Below, piece after piece: positions 48,863-58,655 of a stretch of 64,000 nt of DNA (its first letter is position 1; every line of letters begins with the position of its first letter). Location of the stretch: NCBI RefSeq assembly GCF_963977465.1, contig NZ_CAXBOQ010000003.1, positions 255,721-319,720 on the forward strand, in the 5' to 3' direction. The stretch comes from an uncultured Brevundimonas sp. Its GTDB lineage: Bacteria > Pseudomonadota > Alphaproteobacteria > Caulobacterales > Caulobacteraceae. Both the position numbers and the translations under genes were made by a program. The notes below the pieces were generated by a model. It saw only the letters and a program-made list of their open reading frames with translations. It made no database searches and was not told the DNA's origin.

Positions 48863-51061
48863 TCAGCCCTCGATCCAGTTCGGCATCCAGCCCTCATGGA
48901 TCTCGCGCAAATGCGTCAGCGGAATGCTGAACAGCTCGGTCGAGGCGAAGGCGTCGCCCCCGGCCTTGCCGACGACTGAGGCGTGCAGACCGGCTTCGCG
49001 CGCGGCGGCGATGATGGTGTCCGGATCGGGCACGGCGACCAGATAGCGGGCCTGATCCTCGCCGAACAGGAAGATGTGGGCGTGGGTGTCGCTGGTCGCG
49101 TCCAGCGTCACGCCGATGTCTGAGGCCAGGGCCAGGTCGGCGGCCGCGCCGATCAGCCCGCCGTCCGACAGGTCATGGACGCAGGTCAGGCCACCGGTCA
49201 CGATCAGCTCGCGCACAAAGTCACCGGTCTTGCGTTCCAGTGCCAGATCGACCGGCGGCGGCGCGCCGTCCTCGCGGCCCAGCACCTCGCGCAGATAGAT
49301 CGAGGCCCCCAGTTCGCCGACGGTCTCGCCGATCAGCACCAGGGTCTCGCCTTCGGTCATGCCGCCGAAGCCGGTGACCACGTCATAGTTGGTCAGCAGG
49401 CCGACCGCCCCGACCGTCGGGGTCGGCGGGATCGCTGCGCCATTGGTCTCGTTGTAGAGGCTGACGTTGCCGCTCACGACCGGGAAGTCCAGCACCCGGC
49501 AGGCCTCGGCCATGCCGTCGATGGCACGGACGATCTGGCCCATGATCTCGGGCCGCTGCGGATTGCCGAAATTGAGGTTGTCGGTGATGGCGATGGGCAG
49601 GCTGCCGACGGCGGTCAGGTTGCGCCAGGCCTCGGCGACCGCCTGTTTGCCACCTTCATAGGGGTCGTTCTGGACATAGCGGGGCGTACAGTCGCTGGTC
49701 ACGGCCAGACCCTTGTCGGTGCCGTGCACCCGCACCACGCCAGCGTCGGCGCCGGTCGCGGAATCCTGCAGCGTGTCGGCCATCACGTGCCGGTCATACT
49801 GTTCCCAGATCCAGCGCTTCGAGGCCATATCGGGACAGGCGATGACCTTGAGCACCGCGTCCTCCCAGTTGGCAGGGGCGGGCACGTCGGCCGGGGCCAG
49901 ACGGGGGTGCAGTTCGGGCTGGACCCATGGGCGTTCGTACAGGGGGGCGTCGTCGAACAGCGGGGCCAGCGGCACGTCGCACACGACCTTGCCGTGGTGG
50001 TTCAGGATCAGCCGACCGGTGTCGGTGGTCTTGCCGATCACGGCGGCGTCCAGACCCCATTTTTCGAAGATGCGGTGGCCGTCAGCCTCGCGGCCCGGCT
50101 TCAGCACCGCCAGCATCCGCTCCTGGCTTTCCGACAGCATCATCTCATAGGCGGTCATGCCCTCTTCGCGCTGGGGCACCATGTCCATGTTCAGCTCGAC
50201 GCCGACGCCGCCCTTGCCGGCCATCTCGACCGAGGAACTGGTCAGGCCCGCCGCGCCCATGTCCTGAATCGCTGCCACCGCGCCCGAGGCCATCAGCTCC
50301 AGCGTCGCCTCGATCAGCAGCTTCTCGGCGAACGGGTCGCCGACCTGCACGGTCGGGCGCTTGTCGTCAGAGTCCTCGTCGAACTCGGCGCTGGCCATGG
50401 TCGCGCCGTGGATGCCGTCACGCCCGGTCTTGGAGCCGAAATAGACCACCGACATGCCCGCGCCCGGGGCGGCAGAGTAAAAGATGCTGTCGGCCCTGGC
50501 CACGCCCACACACATGGCGTTGACCAGGATGTTGCCGTTGTAGCCACGATGGAAATTGGTCTCGCCGCCCACGGTCGGCACGCCGACGCAGTTGCCGTAG
50601 CCGCCGATCCCCGAGACCACGCCCTTGACCAGACGTTTGGTCTTCTCGTGCGACGGATCGCCGAAACGCAGGGCATTCAGCAGGGCCACGGGCCGTGCGC
50701 CCATGGTGAAGACGTCGCGCATGATGCCGCCCACGCCCGTGGCCGCGCCCTGATAGGGCTCGATGTAGCTGGGGTGGTTGTGGCTTTCCATCTTGAAGAT
50801 GCAGGCGTCGCCGTCGTCGATGTCGATGACCCCGGCGTTCTCGCCCGGCCCGCAGATCACCCGCGGTCCGGTGGTCGGGAATTTGGAGAGATGGATCTTC
50901 GACGACTTGTACGAGCAGTGCTCGCTCCACATCACCGAGAACACGCCCAGTTCGACGTCATTGGGCTCGCGCCCCAGACGGTCGAGGACGACCTGGTATT
51001 CGGCGGGGGACAGGCCGTATTCGGCGGCCAGTTCGGCGGTGGTCTTTTGCGGAGCGCTCAT
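48863..51061 (-). CDS. purL: FGAM synthase subunit PurL
   Basis: [54 protein letters not shown]. Confidence 0.98.
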   Translation of the reverse strand: MSAPQKTTAELAAEYGLSPAEYQVVLDRLGREPNDVELGVFSVMWSEHCSYKSSKIHLSKFPTTGPRVICGPGENAGVIDIDDGDACIFKMESHNHPSYIEPYQGAATGVGGIMRDVFTMGARPVALLNALRFGDPSHEKTKRLVKGVVSGIGGYGNCVGVPTVGGETNFHRGYNGNILVNAMCVGVARADSIFYSAAPGAGMSVVYFGSKTGRDGIHGATMASAEFDEDSDDKRPTVQVGDPFAEKLLIEATLELMASGAVAAIQDMGAAGLTSSSVEMAGKGGVGVELNMDMVPQREEGMTAYEMMLSESQERMLAVLKPGREADGHRIFEKWGLDAAVIGKTTDTGRLILNHHGKVVCDVPLAPLFDDAPLYERPWVQPELHPRLAPADVPAPANWEDAVLKVIACPDMASKRWIWEQYDRHVMADTLQDSATGADAGVVRVHGTDKGLAVTSDCTPRYVQNDPYEGGKQAVAEAWRNLTAVGSLPIAITDNLNFGNPQRPEIMGQIVRAIDGMAEACRVLDFPVVSGNVSLYNETNGAAIPPTPTVGAVGLLTNYDVVTGFGGMTEGETLVLIGETVGELGASIYLREVLGREDGAPPPVDLALERKTGDFVRELIVTGGLTCVHDLSDGGLIGAAADLALASDIGVTLDATSDTHAHIFLFGEDQARYLVAVPDPDTIIAAAREAGLHASVVGKAGGDAFASTELFSIPLTHLREIHEGWMPNWIEG

Positions 51062-51072
51062 GGAGCGCGCTT

Positions 51073-51909
51073 CTAGCGACTCGGGGCCGATGTGTCAGCC
51101 TTCACGTGGTCGGGGGCGGCGCGAACGCGGGGGGCGAGGCGAAATACCAGGATGACGGCCCCGATCAGGACCGCGATGGCCGCGGCAAGGGCGGTGAAGG
51201 CCAGCACGGCATTGCGTGGCTGTTCGGCCGAGAACACACCGATCAACCCCCACGCCACCGGCAGGGCAAAGGCCGGGGTCCGCAGCCGGGCCGTCACCCC
51301 CAGCGCGAGCGCGGCGACGACTGCCACGGCCAGAATGGCCCAACCGGTCGGTGGCAGGGCCGCCGGCAGGTCGCCGTTGCCGGTCACCACGGTCAGCAGA
51401 TTGACCGGGGCGGCGATGCTGAGCCACCCGGCCAGCAGCGCCAGCGGCCACACGGTCATCCAGCGATCAGGGTCGCCGCGCGGCAGGGCCCGGATCGCCG
51501 CGGCCTTGGCCAGCAACGGAATCAGCAGGACCAGCAGGGCCCCGAAGATCAGCACGATGGTGCCGGTCTCCCAGTCAAGGGCCGCGGCCACGATCCACCA
51601 GCCGATGGCCAGAAGGGCGGCGATCGACGGCCATCCCAGAACCTTCAGCAACGGCGACTCGACGGTCGCGGGAAGGGTCTGGCGCACCGCATAGACCAGC
51701 AGCCACGCATAGATGATGCCCCAGATGGCGAAGGCGAAACCGGCTACCCGCAGGGTCGCGTCGCTGTCGGCGGCGAACTCGGCCGGGCTCTGGCCCCAGC
51801 CCATGAAGATCTGGGCCTGGCCGATGATCACCGCGAACAGGGTGCTGGCGAGGACCAGCAACCGGCGCGTGGTCGTGGCCGATGTGGGGACGGGGGAAGT
51901 CACGGTCAT
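51073..51909 (-). CDS. Multi-pass membrane protein
   Basis: About seven hydrophobic segments; [12 protein letters not shown] and LLAGWLSIA motifs; start uncertain. Confidence 0.75.
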   Translation of the reverse strand: MTVTSPVPTSATTTRRLLVLASTLFAVIIGQAQIFMGWGQSPAEFAADSDATLRVAGFAFAIWGIIYAWLLVYAVRQTLPATVESPLLKVLGWPSIAALLAIGWWIVAAALDWETGTIVLIFGALLVLLIPLLAKAAAIRALPRGDPDRWMTVWPLALLAGWLSIAAPVNLLTVVTGNGDLPAALPPTGWAILAVAVVAALALGVTARLRTPAFALPVAWGLIGVFSAEQPRNAVLAFTALAAAIAVLIGAVILVFRLAPRVRAAPDHVKADTSAPSR

Positions 51910-51992
51910 CTCCGGGGACGGTGCTGGGGACGGAGCAGATACGTATGGAAACGGCAAAGGTTTCAGCGGCGGCCCTCACTGGACGCCGGTCG

Positions 51993-52017
51993 GGAACTCC
52001 AGGCCGGTCGCACGGTT
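51993..52017 (+). promoter_or_regulatory. Putative SigT/EcfG general-stress promoter
   Basis: GGAAC-N16-GGTT, close to the GGAAC-N16/17-CGTT consensus. Confidence 0.55.
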
Positions 52018-52045
52018 AGACTCCTGTAGTTCAGGAGACCCGACC

Positions 52046-52234
52046 ATGGCCGATGAAAAACCCGTATTCGAGACCGACGACGTCGCTGCCAGCCGCGTAC
52101 GTGAGCAGGGACTGGGCATCGGGGCCCGCGAACTGGCGGCCCAGCGCGATCCCGGCGACGTTCAGTCGCGCGATGATGAGGATGTGCACGTCGAACCCGA
52201 CGACGAGGCGCTGAAGACCGACGACGACGCCTGA
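52046..52234 (+). CDS. Small acidic hypothetical protein (62 aa)
   Basis: RBS AGGAGA; MADEKPVFETDD...DDDA; fills the gap between two minus-strand genes. Confidence 0.7.
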   Translation: MADEKPVFETDDVAASRVREQGLGIGARELAAQRDPGDVQSRDDEDVHVEPDDEALKTDDDA

Positions 52235-52238
52235 CGGT

Positions 52239-52901
52239 TCAGGCGGCGTCCATCACGCTGCGGAACAGGATGGCCCCGTCGGCGGAACCCAGTTCGGCCT
52301 CGAAGGCCCGGTCCGGGTGCGGCATCATGCCCAGCACATTGCCGCGCGCGTTCTGGATGCCGGCGATGTCGGCCATCGAGCCGTTGGGATTGTCGACATA
52401 GCGGAACACGACCTGTCCATCGCCTTCGATCCGGGCGAGGGTTTCGGCGTCGGCGAAGAAGTTTCCGTCGCCATTGCCCTGGGTCATCACCACCTCGCGC
52501 TGGCCCTGAAAGCCGGCGGTGAACCGCGTCTGGGCATTGGTCACGGTCAGGCTGACCGGCTTGCACACATATTTCAGCCCGGCGTTGCGCAGCAGGGCCC
52601 CCGGCAGCATCCCGGCCTCGCACAGGATCTGGAAGCCGTTGCAGATGCCGACCACGGCCACGCCGTCGTCGGCGGCCTTCTTCACGGCCTGCATGATCGG
52701 CGACTGGGCTGCCATGGCCCCGCAGCGCAGATAGTCGCCATAGGAAAAGCCGCCCGGCAGGACGATCAGGTCCAGCCCGTCGGGCAGGGTGGTGTCCTGG
52801 TGCCAGACCATCTCGACCTTTTCGCCGGTCGAGCGTTCGATCGCGACCTTGCAGTCGCGGTCACAGTTGGAACCCGGGAAGACAATGACAGCTGCGCTCA
52901 T
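52239..52901 (-). CDS. purQ: FGAM synthase glutaminase subunit
   Basis: [38 protein letters not shown]. Confidence 0.97.
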   Translation of the reverse strand: MSAAVIVFPGSNCDRDCKVAIERSTGEKVEMVWHQDTTLPDGLDLIVLPGGFSYGDYLRCGAMAAQSPIMQAVKKAADDGVAVVGICNGFQILCEAGMLPGALLRNAGLKYVCKPVSLTVTNAQTRFTAGFQGQREVVMTQGNGDGNFFADAETLARIEGDGQVVFRYVDNPNGSMADIAGIQNARGNVLGMMPHPDRAFEAELGSADGAILFRSVMDAA

Positions 52902-52947
52902 GGCGCGGCCACTTAGCAGGCTTCGGCGGCCTTGTCAGGGGCGGGTG

Positions 52948-53427
52948 TCAGCCCCGGCCGGTGTTCTCGTAAATCGCAGTAAGGGACGCCTTCGCCAGCG
53001 TATGGAAATGCAGGTTGAAGCCGTACACCGCCCCGGAGTTGTCGGGCGTGACGTCCAGCTGCGGCACGTCGACGGCGAACACTGTGAAGATATAGCGGTG
53101 CGGCCCGTGTCCCGGGGGCGGGGCGGCCCCGCCGAAGCCGGGTGCTCCGAAATCCGTGCGTCCCTCGACCGCGCCTCTCGGCAGACCGCCGGATGAGGCG
53201 TCCTCCAGCAGTTCGGTGACATCCGCGGGAATGTTGGCCACGGTCCAGTGCCAGAAGCCTGATCCGGTCGGCGCATCGGGATCGAAACAGGTGACGGCAT
53301 AGCTCCTGGTGCCGTCGGGCGCGCCGGACCATCGCAGGTGGGGCGAGACATTGCCCTTCGCCTGAACCTGGGCGTCGGGCAGGGTGTCGCCGTCGCGAAA
53401 ACTGTTGGAGGTCAGGGTGAAGGTCAT
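52948..53427 (-). CDS. YbhB/YbcL (PEBP/RKIP-like) protein
   Basis: SPHLRWS, DPDAPTGSGFWHW, GAAPPPGHGPHRY. Confidence 0.92.
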   Translation of the reverse strand: MTFTLTSNSFRDGDTLPDAQVQAKGNVSPHLRWSGAPDGTRSYAVTCFDPDAPTGSGFWHWTVANIPADVTELLEDASSGGLPRGAVEGRTDFGAPGFGGAAPPPGHGPHRYIFTVFAVDVPQLDVTPDNSGAVYGFNLHFHTLAKASLTAIYENTGRG

Positions 53428-53527
53428 GCTCGGCTCCGGGTTGGCTGCGGCGCACCGCGATGGGGACCCGGCTTGCGGCGCGCGACGACGCGTCTAGGTT
53501 AGGGTGAGTGGCAGAGGACGCAAGCCC

Positions 53528-54688
53528 ATGCTCAAGGCCCTGGCGGATCGGGTGTTCACCTCGCGCGCCGTGCACATCCGCGTGGCGGGAACGGGATTCA
53601 CCGCCGGTCCGGGCGAACCGGAGCTGACGGTCCATCTGGCCGACGCCGCCACCGCCATGGCCGTCGCGGTCAATCCCGAACTGGCGGTCGGCGAGGCCTT
53701 TATGGACGGGCGGCTGACGATTGAGGACGGCGACATCTATGATTTTCTGCAGCTGGTGGCCTCGCAGCTGGCGGTCCGGCCGATGCCGCGAGGCCCGCTG
53801 TGGCGCTGGAAGCGACGACTGGCCCAGACCAACGACCGGCTGCGGGCGCGGCGTAATGTGCATCACCACTATGACCTGACGCTGGAATTCTATCGCCTCT
53901 TCCTCGACGACGACCTGCAGTATTCCTGCGCCCTGTTCGAGACCCCCGACGCCACCCTGGAGCAGGCCCAGGCCGCCAAGAAGCGGCGGCTGATCGACAA
54001 GCTGGTCCTGCGGCCGGGCCACAGCGTGCTCGACATCGGCTGCGGCTGGGGCGGGCTGGGGCTGTCACTGGCCCGGGCCGGCGGACAGGTCACCGGCGTG
54101 ACCCTGTCGACCGAACAGCATGCGACCGCACAGGCCCGCGCCACGGAGTCAGGCCTGGCGGATCGGGCCGACTTCCGCCTGCAGGACTATCGCGATCTGG
54201 ACGGGACCTTCGATCGCATCATTTCGGTCGGCATGTTCGAACACGTCGGCCTGCCCAACTACCAGACCTATTTCGATGCGGTGGCGCGGCTGTTGAATGA
54301 GGACGGCGTGGCGGTGATTCACGCCATCGGCCGCCGCAAACCGCCCAGTCGGACCCAGCCGTGGATCGCCAAACACATCTTTCCCGGCGGCTATATCCCG
54401 TCCCTGTCCGAGGTGTTCCCGGCGATCGAGCGCGCGGGCCTGTGGGTCACGGACATGGAGATCCTGCGCCTGCACTATGCCGAGACCCTGCGGCTGTGGC
54501 GCGAACGGTTCCTGGCCCGACGTGACGAGGCTGTCGCCCTGTATGACGAGCGCTTCTGCCTGATGTGGGAATTCTATCTCGCGTCCAGCGAGGTCGGCTT
54601 CCGCGACCTGGGCCATATGGTCTTCCAGATCCAGCTGTCGAAACGTCAGGACGCGGTGCCGCTGACGCGGGCCTATCTGTGCGACTGA
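53528..54688 (+). CDS. cfa: Cyclopropane-fatty-acyl-phospholipid synthase family methyltransferase
   Basis: NVHHHYDL, QYSCA, LDIGCGWGG, SVGMFEHVG, IFPGGYIP, LHYAETL; start 53504 or 53528. Confidence 0.9.
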   Translation: MLKALADRVFTSRAVHIRVAGTGFTAGPGEPELTVHLADAATAMAVAVNPELAVGEAFMDGRLTIEDGDIYDFLQLVASQLAVRPMPRGPLWRWKRRLAQTNDRLRARRNVHHHYDLTLEFYRLFLDDDLQYSCALFETPDATLEQAQAAKKRRLIDKLVLRPGHSVLDIGCGWGGLGLSLARAGGQVTGVTLSTEQHATAQARATESGLADRADFRLQDYRDLDGTFDRIISVGMFEHVGLPNYQTYFDAVARLLNEDGVAVIHAIGRRKPPSRTQPWIAKHIFPGGYIPSLSEVFPAIERAGLWVTDMEILRLHYAETLRLWRERFLARRDEAVALYDERFCLMWEFYLASSEVGFRDLGHMVFQIQLSKRQDAVPLTRAYLCD

Positions 54689-54837
54689 GCCCCTGCCGGA
54701 TCAGCCGGTGCCGCGGCAGGATGCGCCCCGACGGTGAAGGCATCGCTGTCCATCAGGCCGCCGGCCAGGGCCACAACGAAGATCAGCACGCCGACCAGCA
54801 CGAAGGCCGCGATCGAGAAGCGGATCAGCCGTTTCAC
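54673..54837 (-). CDS. Small single-TM protein coupled to purS
   Basis: GTG start overlaps the purS stop (GTGA); one strong hydrophobic segment; 54 aa. Confidence 0.5.
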   Translation of the reverse strand: MKRLIRFSIAAFVLVGVLIFVVALAGGLMDSDAFTVGAHPAAAPADPAGAQSHR

Positions 54838-55070
54838 GCGATTTCTATGCGGTAGCTTTCGATCACGGTGTTGGCCAGCAGCGTGTCGCACATCGACTTC
54901 ACCTCGGCTTCCGCGTCCTTCGCGTCGGCCAGATCGAATTCGATCAGCTTGCCGACCCGGGCGTTGCTCGCGCCGGTCCAGCCGAGCCCGTGCAGCGCGC
55001 CCTCAACGGCCTTGCCCTGGACATCCAGCACCCCGGGCTTGAGGAACACGTGAACCTTGACCTTCGCCAT
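54834..55070 (-). CDS. purS: FGAM synthase subunit PurS
   Basis: VFLKPGVLDVQGKAV...GKLIEF...LLANTVIESY. Confidence 0.96.
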   Translation of the reverse strand: MAKVKVHVFLKPGVLDVQGKAVEGALHGLGWTGASNARVGKLIEFDLADAKDAEAEVKSMCDTLLANTVIESYRIEIA

Positions 55071-55828
55071 CAGTGCAGACCTCCCTGAATCACGGTGGGC
55101 ATATCCTTCATGATGCCCAGCCGCTTGGCCACTTCGGTATAGCTTTCAATGACATTGCCCAGGTCGCGACGGAAGCGATCCTTGTCCAGCTTCTCGCCGG
55201 TGGCGGTATCCCACAGACGGCAGGAGTCGGGGCTGATCTCGTCGGCCAGGATGACCCGGGCGAAATCATTCTCCCAGACGCGACCGAACTCGATCTTGAA
55301 GTCGATCAGGGTGATGCCGACCGCGCCGAACATGCCCGACAGATAGTCGTTGACCCGCACGGTCATGGCCAGGATGTCGTCCAACTCCTGGGTCGTGGCC
55401 CAATTGAAGGCGGTGATGTGCTCTTCGGTGACCATCGGGTCGTTGAGCTCATCCTTCTTGTAGTAGAATTCGATGATCGAGCGGGGCAGGGGCGTACCCT
55501 CCTCGATGCCGAGGCGCTGGCTCATCGAGCCGGCCACGATGTTGCGGCACACGACTTCCAGCGGAATGATCTCGACTTCGCGGATCAGCTGCTCGCGCAG
55601 GTTCAGCCGCTTGATGAAATGGTTGGTGACGCCGATTCCGTTCAGCCGGCTCATGATGAACTCGCTGATGCGGTTGTTGATCACGCCCTTGCCTTCAAGC
55701 TGCGCCTTCTTCTCGCCGTTGAAGGCGGTGGCGTCGTCCTTGAAATACTGGATCAGCGTGCCCGGCTCGGGCCCCTCGTAGAGGATCTTGGCCTTGCCCT
55801 CGTAGATTTTCTTGCGCTTGGAATTCAT
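55070..55828 (-). CDS. purC: SAICAR synthase
   Basis: [50 protein letters not shown]; start moved from 56440 to ATG 55828. Confidence 0.97.
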   Translation of the reverse strand: MNSKRKKIYEGKAKILYEGPEPGTLIQYFKDDATAFNGEKKAQLEGKGVINNRISEFIMSRLNGIGVTNHFIKRLNLREQLIREVEIIPLEVVCRNIVAGSMSQRLGIEEGTPLPRSIIEFYYKKDELNDPMVTEEHITAFNWATTQELDDILAMTVRVNDYLSGMFGAVGITLIDFKIEFGRVWENDFARVILADEISPDSCRLWDTATGEKLDKDRFRRDLGNVIESYTEVAKRLGIMKDMPTVIQGGLH

Positions 55829-56101
55829 GGTCGTGTCCCGGCGGGGGAGAGATAAAAACCTGTCCGGAAACAAAAATCGCGCGGCCAGAACCTCGGTCTG
55901 GGCGGCGCGACAGCGGAATCCGGCGGGCGGGGAGATAAGGCGCGCGGACACTAGCGGAACGCGGACTGTGATACAAACGACAGTCCCGGTCGTAGCGGCG
56001 CAGGAACCGCCCTGCTCGCGGTTGCGTTCAGCGTGGAGCGGTCTATAGACCTCCGCGACTGCGGGCCTGCTGATGTCCGCGACTGGAGCTTCTGAACGCG
56101 T

Positions 56102-56425
56102 ATGACGACCTTTGACGAACGGGAATCCGGATTCGAGTCCAAGTTCGCGCTCGATCAGGATCAGGAATTCAAGGCCATGGCCCGCCGCAACAAGCTCTTG
56201 GGCCTGTGGGCGGCCGACAAGATGGGCCTGTCCGCGGAAAGCGGCGAACAGTATTCCAATGCCGTCGTGCGGGCGGACTTCGACCAGCCGGGCGAAGAGG
56301 ACGTGTTCCGCAAGATCGCCGGTGACTTCAAGGGATCCGGCATGACCGTCTCCGAGGGCGAGATCCGCTCCAAGATGGACGAACTGGCCTCCATCGCCCG
56401 CGACCAGATTCGCGCGGGCGACTAA
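56102..56425 (+). CDS. DUF1476 / F1FO-ATPase zeta inhibitor subunit
   Basis: [15 protein letters not shown]...[16 protein letters not shown] matches the zeta N-terminal inhibitory pattern. Confidence 0.88.
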   Translation: MTTFDERESGFESKFALDQDQEFKAMARRNKLLGLWAADKMGLSAESGEQYSNAVVRADFDQPGEEDVFRKIAGDFKGSGMTVSEGEIRSKMDELASIARDQIRAGD

Positions 56426-56469
56426 TATCCGGACGGGCAACGCCCGCGCCCTATGATTACCGTGACATC

Positions 56470-56504
56470 AAAAGGGCCGCTCCAGCAATGGAGCGGCCCT
56501 TTTT
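56470..56504. terminator. Bidirectional intrinsic terminator
   Basis: AAAAGGGCCGCTCCA-GCAA-TGGAGCGGCCCTTTT. Confidence 0.88.
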
Positions 56505-56572
56505 GCCGGATGACGACGGGGCAGTCCGTCCTCCGGTGTCCAGCGTGCCCGTCGGGCACCCGGAAAGGCTTG

Positions 56573-56683
56573 GAGCGAAATCGGTTGAGTTGGACGCAGT
56601 CCAACTCGGCGCAGATTTCGCTCCAGTTTGAGTTGGGACCATTTTTTGGATTCAGGTCGATTCGACCTGAAACAAGAATGGTC
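56573..56683. repeat. Double-hairpin intergenic repeat (family B), copy 2
   Basis: Collinear with 30744-30851, with compensatory stem changes. Confidence 0.85.
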
Positions 56684-57294
56684 TACGGCATCAGAACCGT
56701 GTCGATCACATGGACCATGCCGTTCGACTGGGCGACGTCGGCCTGGGTGATGGTCGAGGTGCCACCCTTGGCGTCGGTGATGATCCAGGTGCCGTTGGGG
56801 CCGGCCGACACCTTGAGCGACTCGCCCTGTACCGTGGTCAGGGTCGCCGTACCGCCGTTGGCCGAGGCCTGGGCCGCGATGTCCGCGGCGGTCAGACGGC
56901 CGGGCACCACATGATAGGTCAGAATCTTGGTCAGGTCGGCCTTGCCGGCGGGGGCCATCAGACCGTCAACCGTGGCGGACGGAAGCTTCTGGAAGGCCGC
57001 ATTGTCCGGCGCGAACACCGTGTAGGGGCCCGGTCCGTTGAGGGTCTCAACCAGGCCGGCGGTCTGGACCGCGCTGACGAGGGTCGTCAGGTTTGAGGCC
57101 TTGCTGGCGTTGGTGACGATGGTGGCGGTGGGGCTCATCGAGGCACCGCCGACCATGGGTTCAGCGGCGGCAGGGGCCATGGTGTCCGCCGGCGGGGTGT
57201 CTTGGACTGGGGTTTCGTTGTTGTTGCAGGCGGTCAGGGCCAGCAGGGCGGCCAGTGAAACGCCGGCGAGAATGGTGGGGCGTGTGAATGTCAT
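56683..57294 (-). CDS. Fasciclin (FAS1) lipoprotein
   Basis: Lipobox LTAC; GPYTVFAPDNAAF, ILTYHVVPG, NGMVHVIDTVL; start moved to ATG 57294. Confidence 0.92.
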   Translation of the reverse strand: MTFTRPTILAGVSLAALLALTACNNNETPVQDTPPADTMAPAAAEPMVGGASMSPTATIVTNASKASNLTTLVSAVQTAGLVETLNGPGPYTVFAPDNAAFQKLPSATVDGLMAPAGKADLTKILTYHVVPGRLTAADIAAQASANGGTATLTTVQGESLKVSAGPNGTWIITDAKGGTSTITQADVAQSNGMVHVIDTVLMP

Positions 57295-57376
57295 CGGGTC
57301 TCTCCTGTAAAGCCGCGCAACGGCGACGTTACCGACAGCTACTGTCGCGGGCCGAAATGGATGCATCGGGGCCTGG

Positions 57377-57937
57377 CTATGGGGCGCGACATTCTGGCGC
57401 ACCCACTGTCGGGCCGCCGGTGAATTCGCCCAGCACGGCCCAGGCCCGGGCCTTCTGCGCAAGCGGTCGCGCATGGGCCGGACTGGAGGACGGCAGGTCG
57501 ATCAGGGCCAACTCACCCGTGCTCGCGGCCAGCGCCCGCCGCCCGGCCCGGGCCGCCGTCGCGCCGTTGAAGGCCACTGCCCGCAGTTTGGGCAGGGTCG
57601 CCACCAGACCGCTCAGGTCGGCGAACTCCGGGTCGCGGATCGCTGTGTCCAGACTGCCGGCTCGGTGCGCGGTGGTGATCACGTCCCACAGGCCGATCCC
57701 GGCGGCCTTCAGCGCCGCCAGCCGCTGCGGATAGGCCAGGTCGACCAGATCACGCCCGATCAGCCCGCCGGTCAGTCGCCAGAAGCCGTTACGCGGATGG
57801 GCATAGTATTGCTCGGCGGCCAGCGACGCGTCGCCCGGCAGGCTGCCCAGGATCAGCAGCCGCGTGTGCGCGTCGACGACGGGGGCAAAACCGACCCGCC
57901 GTTGCGCCGCCGGCTCAGCGGGCGGCGGAACCGGCAT
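57377..57937 (-). CDS. DNA-deoxyinosine/hypoxanthine glycosylase (UDG superfamily)
   Basis: LILGSLPG..SL...QYYAHPRNGFW, GLWDVI, LPSSSPAH. Confidence 0.88.
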   Translation of the reverse strand: MPVPPPAEPAAQRRVGFAPVVDAHTRLLILGSLPGDASLAAEQYYAHPRNGFWRLTGGLIGRDLVDLAYPQRLAALKAAGIGLWDVITTAHRAGSLDTAIRDPEFADLSGLVATLPKLRAVAFNGATAARAGRRALAASTGELALIDLPSSSPAHARPLAQKARAWAVLGEFTGGPTVGAPECRAP

Positions 57938-58655
57938 CCCTCAGCCAGCCGACAACCGACAGCCGCGTGCCCTTGGCATAGGCGGCGACCGGTGCGACCG
58001 AATGCAGCTGCGGCACCCGGAACAGGGTCAAGGCGTTCCAGCGCGGGGCGTGGCCGCGGGTCACGTCACCGGCCTCGTCATGAAACAGCAACTGGCCGCC
58101 CCAGTCAGGTCGCCACTCGCGGGTCAGACCCAGCGTATAGGCGGTCAACCGGTCGCTGACCTCGGTGCCCACGTCATTGTGCAGACCGATGAAGTCGCCG
58201 GGCCGATAGCGGGTCGCCTGACCGTCGGCCTTGACCACCTGGGGCTGGCCGGTGACTGCGGCACCGAAGCGGACGAACTCCTGGTTCAGCCATTCGGTCA
58301 GGCCGTGGATCGCATGGCCGGGGTCGCGACCGGCCAGATAGGCGCTGATCAGCGGATAGCTCAGATACATGAAGCCATACTGGCCACCGGCGCGCGCCAG
58401 CATGGCCTTCAGCCGCTCGCGCAGCACCGGTTCACCCACCGCCGCGATCTGGGCCCGGGTCAGAACGGCGGGACGGCCGTCCTCACCCTCGAAGGCCAGA
58501 TCCCAGTCCAGCGCCGTCTCCAGCAGGCTGGCCAGCGATTCCGCGATCGCCGGCTCGAACACATCGGGAATCTGGACAAAACCGTCCCGGGCATAGGCAC
58601 GGGCGGCGGCCTCGAAATCGATCGCCGGATTGAGCCGCAGCGCCAGCCCGGTCAT
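57915..58655 (-). CDS. 2OG-Fe(II) oxygenase family protein
   Basis: HND...H iron triad pattern (GLHNDV...LHSV), WGGQLLF, RLSVVGW; ATG overlaps the purB stop. Confidence 0.82.
   Translation of the reverse strand: MTGLALRLNPAIDFEAAARAYARDGFVQIPDVFEPAIAESLASLLETALDWDLAFEGEDGRPAVLTRAQIAAVGEPVLRERLKAMLARAGGQYGFMYLSYPLISAYLAGRDPGHAIHGLTEWLNQEFVRFGAAVTGQPQVVKADGQATRYRPGDFIGLHNDVGTEVSDRLTAYTLGLTREWRPDWGGQLLFHDEAGDVTRGHAPRWNALTLFRVPQLHSVAPVAAYAKGTRLSVVGWLRDAGSAAR

Noticed and set aside
55829-56440. 204-aa N-terminal extension of PurC in the ORF track
   Set aside because: Overlaps the zeta-subunit gene on the other strand; PurC homology starts at 55828. Similar over-long starts were trimmed for uup, mucR, terL, gap, GST, the oxygenase and fasciclin
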